Positions 62,201 through 64,000 of a DNA stretch of 64,000 bases are shown one piece after another (position 1 is the first letter of the stretch; every line of letters starts with the position of its first letter). The notes under the pieces were generated by a model, which had not been told where the DNA came from, ran no database searches, and was given only the letters and a program-made list of their open reading frames with translations. Source of the stretch: Marsupella aquatica. Its lineage: Eukaryota > Plantae > Marchantiophyta. The DNA lies in contig OZ316892.1 of assembly GCA_973895155.1 (NCBI GenBank), positions 20,895,619 to 20,959,618 of the forward strand. The letters are read 5' to 3'. A program made the position numbers and the translations under genes.

Positions 62201-64000
62201 TAGCGAGCAGGTATGTTTCGCGACTCCAAATTTCATATTGAGCTTGCCCCAAGTCCGACGCGATGGTTGTTCTTGCTCTCGTTCTTGCTAAGGTCGGAGC
62301 CATAACGAGTTTTTAACAGGAACTGAAGATTGTCACTTCTAACCCCATCTTCTTGGATGTAAGATCAATGTGCTGTACTGTTAAATATGCCTAAACAGTC
62401 GGGCCCAAGTATACTTCATTATAAACCAGTACATTGCTCTTATATATAGAGTTGAATATTTTGGTAAATCATAACCGGAAATATTTGTTGCTACACATTC
62501 CATGTGGAATGAAAGTACAATTAGCAATGGTATCGATGAGTTGTTGCCTAGTTTAGGGCGAACAATATAAATTTGAATATAACGATGAATGATATGGATG
62601 CAATTCAGTTTCTGCTGGCAGTTATTTATAGGCAACTCTAGTGCCTAGCTTGTTTAAAGTTATTTTTCCCTCAGTTCCCAATTGAAGATACCAGTTGCCG
62701 ATATCATGATAATTTAAGTTAGCCAGGATGATGATGACCTGTGGCTCGGATCGTGGGTATACCATTGCAGGATTCAAGAACGAGGCGAGTTGAACTGGCG
62801 ATAACAGCTCTTATAAGTTCATGGATGCTGAACCGTACTCCAAACAGTGTGAAGCTTGTTGCTGACCAGATCATGTCCCGATACACAGATTCGTCCGGTC
62901 AGCCTTTGTGGAAGTCACCCGTTCTCGCCATTCACATTCGACGAACAGATAAACTGGTGAGTCCAAACCCTTGGTACCGGACCCCAATTTCAAGATTCCT
63001 CTTGTATAAAGAGCTTGTTGACAACACGTACCAATATCTAATTTGAAATTTCTCTTTACGTACGTCTTTACTAGCGGAAATGTTGGCGTGGCGTATACAC
63101 CGTATTAACTACTGGCACCAAATCTGAAGTTGCTCTAAATCGATTCTATTGTACTGAGTGACTTGTTTAATTGCAATATGGCTGGTCTTAAAAACCACAA
63201 AGTACTTGTAATGCGATTAGCCTCCTAGCTGACAGTATGTTATCCTATGAGTCTAGTTTCTGATTCTTCTATATTTCCTTGATGTTTTCTTACGTACCGT
63301 TGATGACAATGATATATCTGGGGGATGGCTTCAATTGTGACCCTGACAAATCCTTTTCCAAATCTGAGTGCCATTTTAAATTGCCTGAAGATCTACAGCA
63401 TTAGAGCTACCGAGATTCTCACACAAGATAAGGTTAGAGTGCGGCTATGCGATAGTGATGTTTGATTGTTCCTAGCCCCTGATTTGGCAAGGTGTCATCG
63501 AAATCTCGATGAACTGCATTGTGCGTAATTTTCCACAGGCCCCTTCTCCCTTAGTTGTAGTAGCTAGGTTTTTATAAAATATTTCAAGGACGAATTAAAT
63601 TATTAAAAAAGTAGACTCTGTGGGGGGCTTTGCAGAAGGAGGATCCGTACTTCGTTCAACATGGAGAGTACCGTCCAATAGAGGATTATGCCAGACATAT
63701 GAAACAAATGGAGGAGGAATATGGCTTCCAGTGGCCATCGATTTTCCTTATCTCCGATTCAGGCAGCGCAATGGAGTCTCTGATGAATGTTTTAAATGGA
63801 AATGACTCAGCTGCAGCTCCTCAGGAAGATAGGCGATATATTATGTACGACTGGGATAGTGATGACCATTTGGTTGAGAAATACGACAATCATCTCAATG
63901 TGCCGGAACGCTTCAAGCATGATATGCAGACCCATTTCCTTGCCACATTGTACATCGTGCAAAACATCGCAGACCATGCAATTGTCACACACACTTCCAA
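59289..64000 (+). CDS. Host alpha-1,6-fucosyltransferase-like gene (GT23, FUT8/NodZ family), multi-exon, runs off window
   Basis: Exons with KLEESQFPADCS (59655-59919), MQCFFNVTNC (61741-62210), VLAIHIRRTDKL (GT23 HxRRTDK motif, ~62920-62955) and FLATLYIVQNIADHAIVTHTS at the window end. Start exon uncertain. Confidence 0.78.

Overview
Eukaryotic DNA with spliceosomal introns, most likely a non-seed land plant (inferred from TnpD type, EDM2-type PHD and a GT23 gene). About 85% of the window (1-54747) reads as nested DNA transposons. A CACTA terminal inverted repeat (TIR) at 54718-54747 has no partner with a matching target-site duplication (TSD) in the window. A TnpD/TnpA pair at 1-6667 points away from it. 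The simplest reading is one giant CACTA (En/Spm) element of at least 54.7 kb, or about 39 kb after removing the two TSD-defined insertions, extending left of the window. Between that end and the transposase lies unusual cargo: a tandem-BRCT gene, an EDM2-type PHD-finger gene, a Cys-rich ORF, a second divergent CACTA/Mirage/Chapaev (CMC)-type transposase, an RPA70-like OB fold, and a ~10 kb spliced gene apparently fusing SAM, ParB-like, bacterial-type beta-class N4/N6 methyltransferase-like and FCP1-like HAD phosphatase domains. Most cargo genes carry a few nonsense or frameshift lesions. Insertions with visible TSDs: a 13.2 kb non-autonomous CACTA of the same family (TAA), a solo LTR inside it (GTTGT), and a 2.2 kb TIR element (CTCCATGG). 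Right of the element are a 5'-truncated CRE-like non-LTR retrotransposon and a host alpha-1,6-fucosyltransferase-like gene. Domain calls are by eye from motifs; no searches were run.
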